Below are positions 26,548 through 40,400 of a stretch of 64,000 bases of DNA, piece after piece (position 1 is the first letter of the stretch; each line of letters starts with the position of its first letter). Location of the stretch: assembly GCA_001662655.1 (NCBI GenBank), contig KV460213.1. One strand, given 5' to 3'. The DNA comes from Pseudogymnoascus verrucosus. Lineage: Eukaryota. The notes beneath the pieces are model-generated. The model did no database searches and had not been told where the DNA came from. It saw nothing but the letters and a program-made list of their open reading frames with translations. The translations under genes and the position numbers were made by a program.

Positions 26548-28952
26548 TTACATCCGTCCCCCAGGAACAGCAAAATCAGCATTCGAATCCAACACATTCC
26601 TTCCCCCTCCCATCCTCCCTTGCTGCTGCTGCTGTTGCTGCTGCCCTCCCTGGCCCTGCCACCTCTGTCCCTCACTCCTCTCACTCCCAACTGGACTTCC
26701 CATCCTCCCCGCACCTCCTACGGGGCTCGGTCCCATCCTCCCACCCCCTGGCATTAGGGGCGCTGGAACCATTTGTCCTGCACCGCCGCCGCCACCGCCG
26801 CCACTGGCAAGACCGACGGTGTGAGGTGAGGGAGGGGAGAACCGCGGATCAACGTCCTCGTAGTAGCTTCCCTCTGATTGTTGGGAGAGGTGGGCGCGAG
26901 GGACGGGGTGGAGACCTGTGGGTCCGGTGGTTAGGGGGGAGGAGGCGCGGGGGCCGCCTGAGGGCCAGTTTTGGCGGGGGGGGATGTATCTGTGTTTCTG
27001 TTAGTGTGGGCGCTAGGTGGTGGTGGTGGAGGCGGTGGTTTGGGGGAGGGAAGAAGAAGAGGAGGAGGGGAGGGGAGGGGATAAAGGGGGATGTGGAAAT
27101 GGGGAGAAGGGGGAGATAAACTTACTCATCAACACTATACTTGCTCCCATCACTAACAACCCCCCTCTGCTGCTGCAACCCAACCATGCCCGCAACATCC
27201 GCATCACTATCCCTCAAACCCCCTCCATAGCCCCCCGGCGGATGCAGTCCCGGACTCCTGCTACCAGTCGTAGCATCCATCTCGATAGCCTGTCCAACCG
27301 GCCCCATCCCATCATCCATAGGCGGTGGGCTCTCCGCGCGCGCCAGACTCTCTGGGCGCCCATTTCCTGGTCCACCACCACCACCACCGTAGCCTGAGGA
27401 ATTCAGGGATTGTTGCGATTGGTCGAAGCCGTAACCGTTGTTGGGGGGGGAGACGGAGCGCTGGGGGCCGCCGTAGCCGCCGCCGCGGTTGTTGTTGTAG
27501 CCGCCGGGGTAGTTGGGGGGAGGGCCGCGACCGCCGCGCATGCCGCCTGGACCGGGACCGGGGCCGTAGCCAGGACCGCCACCTGGGCCACCGGGACCAC
27601 CGTAGCCATTGCCAGGACCACCGGGACCACCATATCCGCCCCGGCCGTAACCAGGACCGCCGCCGCGACCACGGAATGAACCTTGGGGTCCACCGCGTCC
27701 GCGATAGCCACCGGGTCCGAATTGGTTCCTCGGGTCTGGATTACGCATCCCCCCCTGCGGTGGGATGATGTTACCATACTGATCCCGTTGCGGTGGTCCT
27801 CCGTAGCCGCGGTTTCCGGGCATGGGAGGGGGCGGGCCGTAGCGGTCTTCAGGGCGGCCGGAGAGGGAAGCTGACATTGTCTCTGGGGAGCGGGTGGGTG
27901 TGCGCGAAGTCAGGGGGACGCGATCATCGTCTGCTTGAGCTGCGGCGCGAGCGTCTGCATCTGCCTGCGCAGACTCAAAAGTTGCGAAAGCGGGGAGTTT
28001 ATCCCCGTTCCCGCCCGTGACAGAGGAGGAAGCGATCGTCGGCGCCGTGATGGGAGCAGGAAGTGGCCCAGTCGCAGCTTGGCGATTATAAAAGTTCTCC
28101 CCATTCATCTCTGCATTCTCCTCAATACGTCTCTTCCTCGCCTTCCTCGACACGAGAGTCCGTCGCATAGCACAACTCACAATCCCCGAAGCGGCGATGA
28201 GTATCGTAGCAGCGAGCACGATGTACGATCCCCACGCCATGTGCGGCACGAAGAGGAGGACGTCGATGAGGAAGGAGAGCAGGGCGAGGATGAGGGTCAG
28301 GATGGAGAGGATGAAGACGCCGAGGAGGTAGCGGGGCGAGTGGGAGGGGGCGTGGAAGTGAGAGACCACGGCGAGGATGAACATGATTAGGGTGAAGAAG
28401 GCGGCGATGGGGTGGACGATTAGGATTGAAGAGAGCGTGGAGCGGGTGGCGGGGTCGAGGTTGAAGTTGCCTTTGGCGTTGGGGAGGACGGCTGGGGGGG
28501 TGTTAGTTGGTGTTGTGTGGAAGGGAGGGGGGAGTGTAGGCGTCGCGGGAGTCTGGGGGGGGGAATGAAGAGGTGTGGTTATCGCTGGAGAGAATTGGGG
28601 TATGAAGAGAGCGTCGCAACGAGCTTCCCTCCATTGTAAGACGTCGCGACGCTTCCTCCAGTATTCTCTCCATAGATATCCTCACTCGCCCTTCAATATC
28701 TCCCCTCCAATACCTCCCGCGTCCACTCGCGACAACCACCAGAACAGAAGAGGTATACGCACAAGGATTATATCCGACCTCCATCTTGCTACACACACCA
28801 TCCGCCTTGCAGTACCCAAAAACACCATAACTAATGCCATCAAACTCGCCCAACACAATCGGCCTCACAAGCGGCACCGAGATGACAGAGATGAGGAGCA
28901 GCACGAAGGCCGCGAACAGCAGGATCGTCAGCGGCGTCGCGGGGCGCAACAT
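26548..28952 (-). CDS. palI: pH-response regulator PalI/Rim9 (SUR7/PalI family), long form
   Basis: MLRPATPLTILLFAAFVLLLIS...GVFGYC, FLIDVLLFVPHMAWG, CAMRRTLVSRKARKRRIEENAEM, YYEDVDPRF. Introns 28492-28762 and 26990-27125; last exon in frame with ORF 26548-26772. Confidence 0.9.
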
Positions 28953-30417
28953 CGTGGCGTGCGACGCGCTGCTGCTGCGCTATGGGCGGTGGCGACGACG
29001 GGGAGTTCGAGGGCGCGTCGCTGCGCGGGGAATGGGCGGACGGACGGCAAGCAGAGCACCGTCGGGGTGGTGGTGACTTGGGAGAGGCGGCGCGGCGGCG
29101 GAGGCTATGAGGCGCGCATGAAAGGCGATGGGGTGTGTAGTGTAGTGAGTGAGCGGACTGGTCGAGAAGTGAGAGTTGAGTGCGAATAGAAAAGACCGAG
29201 AGGCCGTGGAGATGTTGTAACGAGAGTGGTGGTGGCAATGCGGTGATATGCAACTGAGTTGGTGGTGGTGAAGTTTGAGGGCAGTGAGGTGGTGTGTGAA
29301 GGCGTGGCGGAGTGGTTATGCAAGCTCCCCGTTACTCCTCTGCAAGTAGCCAGCCGTTGTTGGTCGTTATTGGGGGGATTTGGGGGTGGGAAGGTGGTTT
29401 GGTTAAGATGGACCAATTGGAAGAATGGGGATGGATCCGCGATTAATCATTGGGAGATTGGGAAGGGAGGGGGGTGTGTGGGGATGTGAGGGATAAGCTT
29501 GGGGACCAGGGGAAGGGGGGGAGTTTAGGGGATTGTTTAGGGGCGTTTAGTGTGATTTAGTGAGGTTGTAGGAAGAGAATCAGTGGAGGATCACTAGAGG
29601 ATTTGTGAGTTTAGTGGAGTTCAGGGACCATTGATCACTGGGTGGCTAATGTGGCCACTAGAGAGTTCGCTGGGGGAGAAACTGGAGCCACTGTAACTCG
29701 TTAGACCCACAGGAGATGTCAGGGACAGGTAAGCGAGTCATGCAGGAAGATGCATGGGTGGTAGTCTAGAAAGTACGCGGTGCGCGTCGAATACGGCTAA
29801 TACGAGTACGCATCTAGAAGGTGTAAGGATAGGGACGGGATATTAATTATCGTGAGTTCTACGCCCAATAAATCAATAATTCAACTCATTTCTACTATAC
29901 TATCGCCGGTTGCAGTCATTCAAATAGTTGGTAAGATAGCTGGATAGTTGGAAGTTGGATAGTTGGACACTCGACAATGGACACTCAGACACTCCAGACA
30001 CTCGACACGCAATACTGAATACCTGGCCACTTAATATAGATATGTCACTATGCGCCAATAATCCTGCCCAGAGGTACTTGGCCCCGTTGGCCCTTCCTCT
30101 CCCCTCCCCCCCGGATTCGGTGGATTCGGCGGGCCTCGAGACACTTCGCCCAGCAAATCGCAATCTGTGCCAAGAGACACTTGTTTTGACCTAAACGAGA
30201 CGCCGGAGACCATACCCGCCAACGCGCTTAAAGATTTCAGCGCTTAATCCCATATCACGGCGTAACGTTAAGCCTTCCGCCGAAGATATAGATAACTTTC
30301 CCCAAACCCGCCATGCACTCACCTTACAAATACCAATATCGTTTCTCACACTCATTCACGACCCTCTCCTCCCCCTCCCCCTTCCCCATCTTCCCTTAGG
30401 GGGTTTCCGCAGCGGCC

Positions 30418-32492
30418 ATGCTTCGGCACCCTGCATCACGGAGCGCGCGATGTCTGATCTCAGCATCGCGGCCTGTGCTCCGCTCTCCGAACCTTCCGCG
30501 GCCCACCACCAACCCACGATCGCTCCTCACACCACGCTCCCTCCGCTCCGCCCACTCGTCCCAATTCCAGCCCTTCGTTCCTCCCTCCCCCGCCTCCCTC
30601 GGTCGCGCCCGCCCCGCAAGACACTATCCCCGCACCTCCCGCTGGGTCCGACGACTCCTGTACACCTCCGCCGCCCTCGGCACCCTCTACCTCGTCGACG
30701 TCAACCTGTACGCCTCCTCGCTCACCCGGTCCCTGCGTACATTTGGCCTTGGCCTCCTTGTGGCAATCGACTATAAGCTCAATTTCCGCGCCTCGCCCCT
30801 CTGCGGCGGCACAATCGCAGACCTACACCGTCGTAGTGCAGAGCGGCTCTTCGACCTCCTCCGCTCCAATGGAGGGCTATACCTCAAGATCGGCCAGGCT
30901 ATCGCTATGCAGAGCGCTATTATGCCGCCGGAGTTCCAGAAGATGTTTGCGCGCATGTTCGATGACGCGCCGCAGAATGATTGGGAGGATGTGGAGCGTG
31001 TGATTCGCGAGGACTTTGGGAAGAGCCCGGAGGAGGTGTTTGGTGTTAGCTTCAGAGGCGAGGAGGGCAAGGGCGTTATGGAAAAGGTAGCGCGTGCGTC
31101 TGCGTCCGTTGCACAGGTGCATTGGGCTAGATTACCTGATGGACGCGAGGTAGCTATCAAAGTGCAGAAGCGTGAAATTGCACAGCAAGTCGGCTGGGAT
31201 CTATGGGCATTCAAGTAAGTCTACCCCCCCCGGCACCCCCCCCTCTTACAACCCCAGCTAACCCCCCCAGGGTCATGATGAAAACCTACACCTACTGGTT
31301 CGACCTCCCCATGTACTCCCTCGTCCCCTACATCTCCTCCCGCCTCCTCCTCGAATGCGACTTCGAAGTCGAAGCCACCAACGCCCAACAAATGACCGCC
31401 CTCATCGCCGCCGAGCCCCGTCTCCGCGGCCGCGTCTACATCCCAACCGTCTACCCCGAACTCTCCACCAAACGCGTCATGACAGCCGAATGGATCGAAG
31501 GCGTCCGCCTCTGGGATAAACCCGCCATCACCTCCCCCTGGCGCGGTCCCTCCACCGGTTCCCCCGGCGTCACTACCCCCCTCTCCTCGTCCCCCACAAC
31601 CATTTACCCACCCAACCCCAACTCCCCCCGCCCCTCCGCCTCCTCCCCCATCCCATCCCTAAAACCCGACCGCACAACCACCCTCCTCGGCCCCCGCTCC
31701 AACTCCGGTCTCGGCCTCTCCCTCAAAGAAGTAATGACCACAATGCTCGACCTTTTCTCCGCACAAACCTTCCTCTGGGGCCTCGTCCACTGCGACCCGC
31801 ACCCCGGCAACATCCTGCTCCGTCGTCTCCCCTCCGGCAACGCCCAACTCGTCCTCCTCGATCACGGCCTGTACGTCGCGCTCGAGCCGGGGTTTAGGGT
31901 GCAGTACGCCAAGTTCTGGCGCGCGCTCCTGGCATTCGATAACGATACCCTTAAATCGATAACAGCAGAATGGGGCGTCAAGCAACCCGACCTCTTCGCC
32001 TCCGCCACGCTAATGAAACCCTACACCGGCGGCGACCAATCCACCGCCCGCGCCCTGACCAAATCCCTCGAGGGCGCTACACCCGGCGAGCGTCACTTCG
32101 CAGCCCAAAACCGCATGCGCGCCGGCATCCGCGCCGTGCTCTCCGACGAGACGAAGTGGCCCCGTGAACTCATATTCTTAGCTAGAAATATGCGCATTGT
32201 GCAGGGGAATAACCAGTTCCTGGGTTCGCCGGTGAATAGGGTTAGGATTATGGGGATGTGGGCTAGTGAGGCAGTGGCGGAGGAGGGGGAGGGTGGGGGG
32301 TGGTGGGGGCATTTGAGGTTTAGACTTGGGGTGGCGGGGAGTGATGTTGTTTGGTGGGTTAGTAGGGGACGGCAGCTGGTGTGGGGGGGTGGGGGGATGG
32401 AGGAGGAGTTGGAGAGGGGGATGAGGGGGGTGGCGGGGGATGCGTTGGGGGTGGAGGTTGGGGAGGTTGAGGGGGGGATTTTTGGAGGGTAG
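30418..32492 (+). CDS. ABC1/UbiB-family atypical kinase, mitochondrial (ADCK1/Mcp2-like)
   Basis: NGGLYLKIGQ, ASASVAQVH, VAIKVQ, HCDPHPGNIL, LLDHG motifs; presequence; intron 31215-31270. Confidence 0.9.
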
Positions 32493-32877
32493 GGAAGAGA
32501 GAGGGAGAGGGGTGGGTTGGAGTAGAGTAGATTGGATTGGGGTGGATGCATATAGCGTGGGGTCAGGCGTTTAAAGGTGTTCCCGCTCACTCGGTTGGAT
32601 AGATTGTAGATATGTAGATAGAATGTACCATACTCTATCCTCTCTGCATCCATTGCTGACAGCTGGTCATAGTAGTACGCTATGTGTTCTATGGTTATGG
32701 GAATAGACGATGGACCAGCAAGGTTGCGTGCACGGACCTTGCCGTACCTGTCTCACACCTGGGATATAGAAGAAGCGCCTACATATCCGCGGAGGCCACT
32801 TACGCGCTTGTCGTCGCTGAATCTTCAGCTATATCATAAATTAGACGGCGACATCTTGTCCCTGACCCGTGCCAGCC

Positions 32878-34160
32878 ATGCCCCTCTCCCCCGGCCAAAT
32901 AATCAAAGGCGCTCGAGCATCATACCGACTCCTGCACCCTTTAAAAGGTAAAACCGTTTTCAAAGCCGAGATCCTACAAGCCCGTGATATCACTCAACGG
33001 TGGTATGTACGTCCACCATCCCCGTCTTTTCCTTTAAAATCTAAGCTAACATGGGGGATTCTACGTATTAGGGCCGTAGTCAAAACCGCGACTGGCTCCC
33101 TGGAACGGTCTGCTCTGCAGCGCGAATACCAGACCTACCAAAACCCCTTCGTAGCTGAAAGCCCATTTATCCGCTCCCTCCACGAGGGGGTGGGGGACAT
33201 GGAAAGTCTCGACGCTGCGCCTGTCGACGGTGTGGCGCCGCCGTGTTTGGTGTTGGAGTGGATGGATACTGAGTTGCGGTTAATCTCATCAAGTGCATTT
33301 CGTAGCGGGGAACTGCCTAAACATGTTGCGAGACAGGTGTTGAAGGCATTGTGGGTGTTGTATTATATTGATTCTGCGCATACTGGTATATGCCTCCTTT
33401 CATGGTGATCAGGGTACTCGGATAGGGCTAACGGGGGGCTAGATGTGAACCTGAATAACATCCTAATCTCGAACCTCAACTCGCCGGTGCCGGTTGTCAA
33501 GCTCGCGGATTTGGGGATGGGTGAGTAGTAGCAGCAGCAGGTCTAAGTTGGGGACGAGATGGGGCTAACAGGCGGGTGCGTGTAGTGACCCCAGAAGGCT
33601 TCAACAGCCAGCGCCTCCAATCCCTCCCCTGCCGCGCCCCAGAGGTCTGGAAGAACCAGGGCGTCTCCCATGCCTCAGACATCTGGTCTCTCGGTGTTAC
33701 AGTACGTTTTATTACCAAATCTTAACACCATAAACTGCTAACACCCCACCAGCTCGTCCACTGGCTCCTAGGTAAATCCATCTTCGGAGCGCGAGATAAA
33801 CGCGTCGAAGGACTCACAGAAGCATATTGTATTGCTAAACTAGAACGACTCGTTGGACCACTGGGGGATCTGCCGGAGGGGTTATCGGTGGAGGCTAGGG
33901 AGGAGTTTAGGATGGCGGCTCTGCTGAGGGATATGGATATGCCTCCACCGGGAAAGGGGAAGTTGATTGATGTGAGGCCGCTGAGAGAGGAGCTCGAGCA
34001 GCTCCAGGACCCAGTGGTTCCGCCGGGACTCATCGATTTTATCGAGTCGCTGATAGTGGTGGATATGGAGAAGCGGCCGATTGCTCATGATGCGTTGAAG
34101 CATCCGTATTTGGATATTAGCAGTGAATCTAGGAATGGGGTTTCGGTTGTGGCTAACTGA
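32878..34160 (+). CDS. Protein kinase-like protein of a fungal-expanded family, with a non-canonical catalytic loop
   Basis: Five exons (about 32878-33002, 33072-33385, 33443-33520, 33586-33701, 33753-34160) give AVVKT, LVLEWMD, HTDVNLNNIL, KLADLG, CRAPEVW, SDIWSLG, RPIAHDALKHPY. Confidence 0.8.
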
Positions 34161-34497
34161 TTTTAGTTGTCTTGAAGAGCTACACTCAAATCTTATAGGG
34201 TTGTATAAACGTTGTGAGTATCACTAGCGTTGGTGTTCATTCATAAGGTTAGGAGCATATATGTAATATAGAACAATCTCATCCATTTATCGGCTTCCAG
34301 GCCTCTCTAAATTATGTATGAACATATGAAAAAGGGTATCGCTTCACCCCCATCGTGCGCTGTATTACAAATCTACAGGGTATATACATCCGCTCTGTCG
34401 CAAAGGAACAAAGAACCCGAATGGCTAAAGTAGAACACAAAAAAATCGACCAAAATAAAACCAAAAAATATGAAAACACACGGCCTCGCGCGATATT

Positions 34498-37400
34498 TTA
34501 TAGGCCCTCCCCCTCCTCAATCCACGGCCTCCACTCATCCCCAGGGAAACTCGTAGCGCTCATCTTCACCTTCGGTCCCTCCTCATCCTCCTCGTGAAGA
34601 ACACCCCCCACCATCGTTCCATTCACTCTCCTCACCGTCGCGTCCTCAACTACAATCATCCCCTCGCGCGAATCATCATAGATCTTCTCCTCATGATCAG
34701 GCATAATCCTCGACATCCTCCTCTCTCCCACCGCTCCTCCTCCCATAGTAGCACCCACCGTCGCGGCCGCCGCGGCTGCGGCAGCAGCACCCGGCGCGTT
34801 CACAGCAGGACTCCCACGTCCACTACTCGACATCTTACTAACCGCACTCGTAATCGTATCACTCCTCTCCAACGGCTTCTGCGGCCCCGCCACCACCGGC
34901 GGCGTCCCCGCACTCACACGCCCAGTATCCGTACCCTTCGGCATCGGACTAGGCGACTGGCTCTGCGCCTGCGCCTTCACTCTACTCTCCGCGCTAGCAG
35001 GCGACACGCTCTTTGGCGGCGGCGCAGGGGCAATAAGTGTATTCTCCCTCGTCGGCGGCATCACCACCCCCGCCGCCTCAGCACGCATCACCGCCTCCGC
35101 GGCAATCCTCGCATCCTCCGCCTGTCTCAGCGCCTCAGCCGCCTGCCTGCTCTTCTCGCGCTTCATCTCCTCATCCCCCGGCAACCTCAACTGATACGGA
35201 GCCTGCTGACCAAACTGGCCCCTCGCCGGTGAGCGCGCGAGGAGATCCTCGCTGCTTAGTCGGCGGGCAGCTGTTTTCTCGGGGCTGAGAAAGGGGACGG
35301 AGGGGGGGGTGTTCCACTCCTCGTCCTTTTTGGCTTGGAGCGCGGCTTGGACGGCGGCGTCTTGTGCGGCCCATTTCGAGGCGTAGTTCATGGCGGGCGC
35401 GTTGGGACGACCGGGGTACTCTTCGATCATGTGAGGCGGGAGGCGGGAGCGGGCGGGGCCGGGTTGGGGTTGGTTGAGGCCGCGGGGGTCGTAGCCGGTT
35501 GGGGCGAGGGTACCTTCGCCGCGGACGAGGGCGTAGGCGCCGGGGATGGGAGGGGTGACGTAGTATTGTTGCTGTTGCAGGGGTTGTTGGCCCATGGGTG
35601 CGATGTTGTAGTTTTGTGGTGGAGGGGTTTGCTGGGCCGGAGGGGCTTGCTGGTTGTTTGACGATTTGTCTGCCATGGCTGAGCTGCGGCGCCCGCCGAG
35701 GAGTGAGCTGAAGAGACCCTTCTTGGCTTTGGCTGGCACGGGTGCGACTGCTGGAGCAGTAGGGGGTGGTGACGAGGTATGCTGCGACATGGCTGGAGAC
35801 TGGACTCGAGGCACCTGTTGGAATCCCTGCTGCATTGGTGGAGGCGTGTACATTTGTTGCTGTTGCTGTTGCTGTTGGTTCATGTACATTTGCTGCTGCT
35901 GCGCTTGCTGTTGCTGTGCGAGCTGTTGTTGCGCGTGCATCTGCTGGGCGTGCATTTGCTGGGCGTATTGTTGTCGTGCTTGCTCTGCGTGTTGTTGCTG
36001 CGATGGGTGCTGCTGCTGCGCCTGAGAGTTCATATACATCTGCTGGTGTTGCATGGGTGGCGTCTCATACACTCCCTGGTGCTGTTGACCTGGAACCGTA
36101 TTGAAAGTCTGCTGCCTTTGGATGGGAGGAGGCTGTTGCTGTTGAAACGGCAGCTGGTGTATATCCTCTGGTCGATATGCGATCTGGCTAGGAGGTGTCA
36201 CTTTCTGCTGGATCATGGAAGCTCGTTCCTGACCCTGCGCCTGCGCTACTACTGGGCGATTTACAATGAGTGACTTATCCTCCGGGTGCTGTCCAGGCGG
36301 GGTCTCAATTGGCTGTGTAGTGCGGCGACGTAGACGATCTTCAGGGTCGGGACCCGAGATCACACTTGCACGGCGCTCTGCATCGGCAGTTGGCCTTGGA
36401 GTTGACTCTCTGGATGTCGTAGAAGCAACTGGAGCCTGGTGCTGTGAGTTTGGCATGCGGGGCGGTGTAGGCTGACCTCCAGGGATTCCCATTGGCTGGA
36501 TTTGCTGATGTGGCGCAGCGTTTATATTTCGCTGATGCAAATCAATTGGCTCTTCAGAAATGCGTCCTGAGCCAAACACTGGAGGAGGAGGCATGGACTT
36601 GTTATTTCCCTGCGGCGGTTGTTGCGCATTGGGGTTCACTTGCGGTGGAGTCCCGCGGACCTGGCCTTGTGCTATAACGGGCGGAACCATCTGTTGCTGT
36701 GGGGTGCCAGTTGGCTGCGTGCGTTGCTTCTCTACCGGCTCTCCAATGGACCCGATAGTAAGGATAGAGTCTTGTCGGTTGCTCAACGGGGCAATTGTTT
36801 GAAACTGTTGCGGCGGCGGCTGCTGTGCAATGGGGGTCATTTGTTGGTGGACCGGACGACCCTGTATATTCTGGCCTTGCTGCTGACGAGGCGCCTCACC
36901 CGTATTTATGCGCTGGAGAGCTGCTGGGTTAACCAGAACCTGCTGCTGTTGGGCAGGCAGCTGATCCTGCACTTGCGGATGAGGTCTCTTCACGAGTCCC
37001 TGTTGCTCCAGGATCTGCCTTTCGTTCTCATTCTTGACCAGAATCATGATCCCAGGCAATATGCTCGGGACATAGGTTCCATGCCTTGAGGAACCCCTTC
37101 CTCGATCAGCATCTCCCTTCTTACCCGTAAACATGCTGCTTATCGCCGAAAATCTGTTTTTCTTCTCTTTACCAGGCTGTGTTGAGTCCATGGTCACCAG
37201 CGTAGACTGTCTGCTGAACATCCTTGGCTTGTCTTCTTTTTTCTCCAGTCCTCCAGTATCGCTCCTGCCAAAGAAGGTCTTCCTCTTTTCAGGCGGCGCT
37301 AATGGGCTACCTGGAGCAGGAGTGTTGGCGAGCAAATTAGCTTGCGAAGGTCGATGAGTAACCATGCTTTCGCGGCTCTGGGGAGGAATATCTGGAGTTG

Positions 37401-40400
37401 GGCCTCTAGCCGATGGACTCAGTGCTGCGATTATGCGACTTCTCCTCCTCTCAACTGGTTTTTCTGGGTCATTGAGAGACATATCATCCGAGCTTGCTAT
37501 CGAATCTCTCCTCGAGTCAAGTTGACCCCTCATCTCACGAGTACCATCGTCTTCCAGTGCTGACAGGTTCCTCTCGAGGCTTGAGCCTCGCGAAAGTCGG
37601 CCTCCGATTTCTTTTAGGATGCTGGGCTTTCGGGAATGCCTCACTGAGCCATTCCGTGGATCATCCATTGGTGGACCAACGCCGGCTATTTCGTATTCAG
37701 TAGCCTGCTGTCTTGGCAGGTGTCCTCTCTCAACGGAAGGATACTCTGGTGGAACATCGCGGTCTGCTTCATTCGGAAGAGCCTTATCCTGCTGTGGCTG
37801 GAAGAGCTCGGGGTATCTCTCCGACGACGAGGGCGGTATCTGAATAGCACTGCCGCGTGACATCGATTGACGGTTCTCAGTGTATTGCGGCGTAATCTTA
37901 GGAGGCTGGCTCACACCACTCAAAGAAGGTGGGCGGTTGCGCATAGCTTCAATGGAGGTTCGCTGCTGTTGGCCTTGCTGGAATTGCTGCGGGGTAGATT
38001 GCTGCAGGAAACCGCCGGCGCTCATAGGCACTCCTTGACTTGAGTTTGAAACCGGGCGCATTCGAGGCTGAGCATCTGATGATGATCGTCGCTGGTGCGC
38101 AGATGGTGGCATGGATTGTCTTGGCCCTTGCCGTGCTGGAGGGATCTGGCCTTGTTGCATTGGAGGCATCCGCTCCTGCGGTAATCGAGGAGCTCCTTGT
38201 TGTTGAGCGAGCATCTGAGGAGGCATCTGGGATACCTGCCCATGCTGCAACTGAGGTACTTGTCCGTGTGGTGCTACAAGCATATAACCTTGCGGATGCC
38301 CCTGTTGTCCAGGCGCAAACTGACCCTGCTGCATTGGAGGATACTGTCCCTGCTGAGGAGGGTATTGTCCCTGTTGTCCTGGATGCATTTGCACTTGTTG
38401 TGGGTGAGTATACTGTCCCTGCTGAGGATATTGCCCTTGCGGCACTGGAGCGAACTGTCCTTGCTGCCCGAGAGGATACTGCCCCTGTTGCATAGGAGGA
38501 TATTGTCCCTGGTGTACCTGCATAGGAAGATACTGTCCCTGGTGTCCCTGCGCCATCTGCCCCTGAGGAACTGGGGAGAACTGCCTCTGCTGCTGCACAG
38601 GCGAAAACTGCCCCTGGGCACTAGGAGGATACTGTCCCTGTTGCAATGGAACATACTGCTGCTGTTGCTGCACCGGCGCCTGCTGTACCGGAACATACTG
38701 CTGCTGGTGTTGTTGCTGGTGTTGCTGTTGCTGCTGCACCTGCTGCACCTGCGGCTCAGACACAGGAGAAAACTCCTCCTCCTGCCTCTGCTGCTGCTGC
38801 ACTGGAGGAAACTGCTGCGCCCCCGGCGCCTCAAGCATCTGCCCCACGAACCCCGGCCCCACCTGAGGCTCCGAAGTCAACTGATTCGTAATAATCGGGG
38901 GAACGAGCGGTCTGCCACCTGGAGAAACGGATCGTGGTGGGGTCGGGGCGACTTGCAGCACGTCGCCATTACGCGGCGCTATCATTGTAGAGGGGCGACT
39001 CAGAATCTCAGGTTCAGGCTCGTCAAAGTCATCTTGGAACGAGTATCGCTGGGTTTCCTTTCGTACCACCTCCTTGCGCACTGTCTCCTTACGCACTGTC
39101 TCGTCTGAGCCTCTATCCTGGGATGTTGGCTCTGCGGGCGGTGCTGTCTCGATTGCCGCGGCCGGTTGCTCCGGGATCATCTCCCGCGGCTCTTCTGTGA
39201 CTGAGACCGGAGACACAGCGCCGGAGCTACGCACATCATCTTGCTCAACCGCCTCGTTGCTGAGCGTTTTGACAAGGCGAGTGACGGAGTTATAGTCGAA
39301 TGTGCTGGAGCGACGGATTGGGGGCAGAGCGGAGAACGCTGCTGCATAGGAGGGTTGGTCGGCCGAGGGGGTTAAGCCAGTTGGGGTTTCGGCGTAGGAA
39401 GTGGGCGTCTCGACGGTTGCGCCAGGGCTCCAGGGGCCGGCTTGGCGCCTGTTGTCTGCGATTGAAGTGTCGACGGGAGAGAGGTAGGTCTGTTCGCGGG
39501 AGACCTCGGCGTTGTTGGTAGCTGGGATTTCAGAGTTGAAGTGTTTCAGTGTAAAGCCATTGGTAGCGATGTGCGGCAGTATAGCCGTAATGATTGTCTC
39601 CGCTATGGTGGGTTCTTCGACGATGGGCTCCTCAACAACTGGCTCTTCAACGGTTGGCTCTTCGACGGTTGGCTCTTCGACGGCTTGCTCATCGACGGCT
39701 TGTTCTTCGAGGATTGGCTCATCGACGGCTTGTTCATCAACGGCTCGCTCTTCAACGATTGGCTCTTCGACGGCTTGCTCTTCAAAGGCTTGTTGCACAT
39801 CGATGACTTGCTCTTCGACGGTTTGCTCTTCGACTGGCTCTTGGACTGGTTCAGCGACAGGCTCATCAACGGCTTGCTCATCAACGGCNNNNNNNNNNNN
39901 NNNNNNNNNNNNNNNNNNNNNNNNNNNNNNNNNNNNNNNNNNNNNNACGGCTTGCTCATCAACGGCTGGCTCATCAACGGCTGGCTCATCAACGGCTGGC
40001 TCATCAACGGCTGGCTCATCGGCGGCTTGTTGCTCATCGGCGGCTTGCTCATCGGCGGCTTGCTCATCGGCGGCTTGCTCATCGGCGACTTGTTGCTCAT
40101 CAACGGCTGGCTCTTCGAGTGCTGGCTCTGGCTCTGGCTCTTCGAGGACTGGCTCTTCGACGGCTGGTTCCTCGAGGACCGGCTCTGGCTCTTCAAAGGC
40201 TTGCTCTTCGACTGGCTCTTCGGCTTGCTCTTCGAAGGCTTGCTCTTCCTCGATCGGCTCCTCGACTGGCTGAGCGACTGGGTCTTCGACGGCTTGCTCT
40301 TCCTCGATTGGCTCATCAACTGGCTCATCAACGGGCTCAGCGACCGGCTCGGGCTGAACGACAGGCTCCTCAACGACAGGCTCCTCAACAGCAGGCTCCT

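Noticed and set aside
25597..26824. Cluster of ORFs between ERF2 and palI
   Set aside because: Low-complexity convergent 3' UTR sequence with no coherent splice or domain signal.
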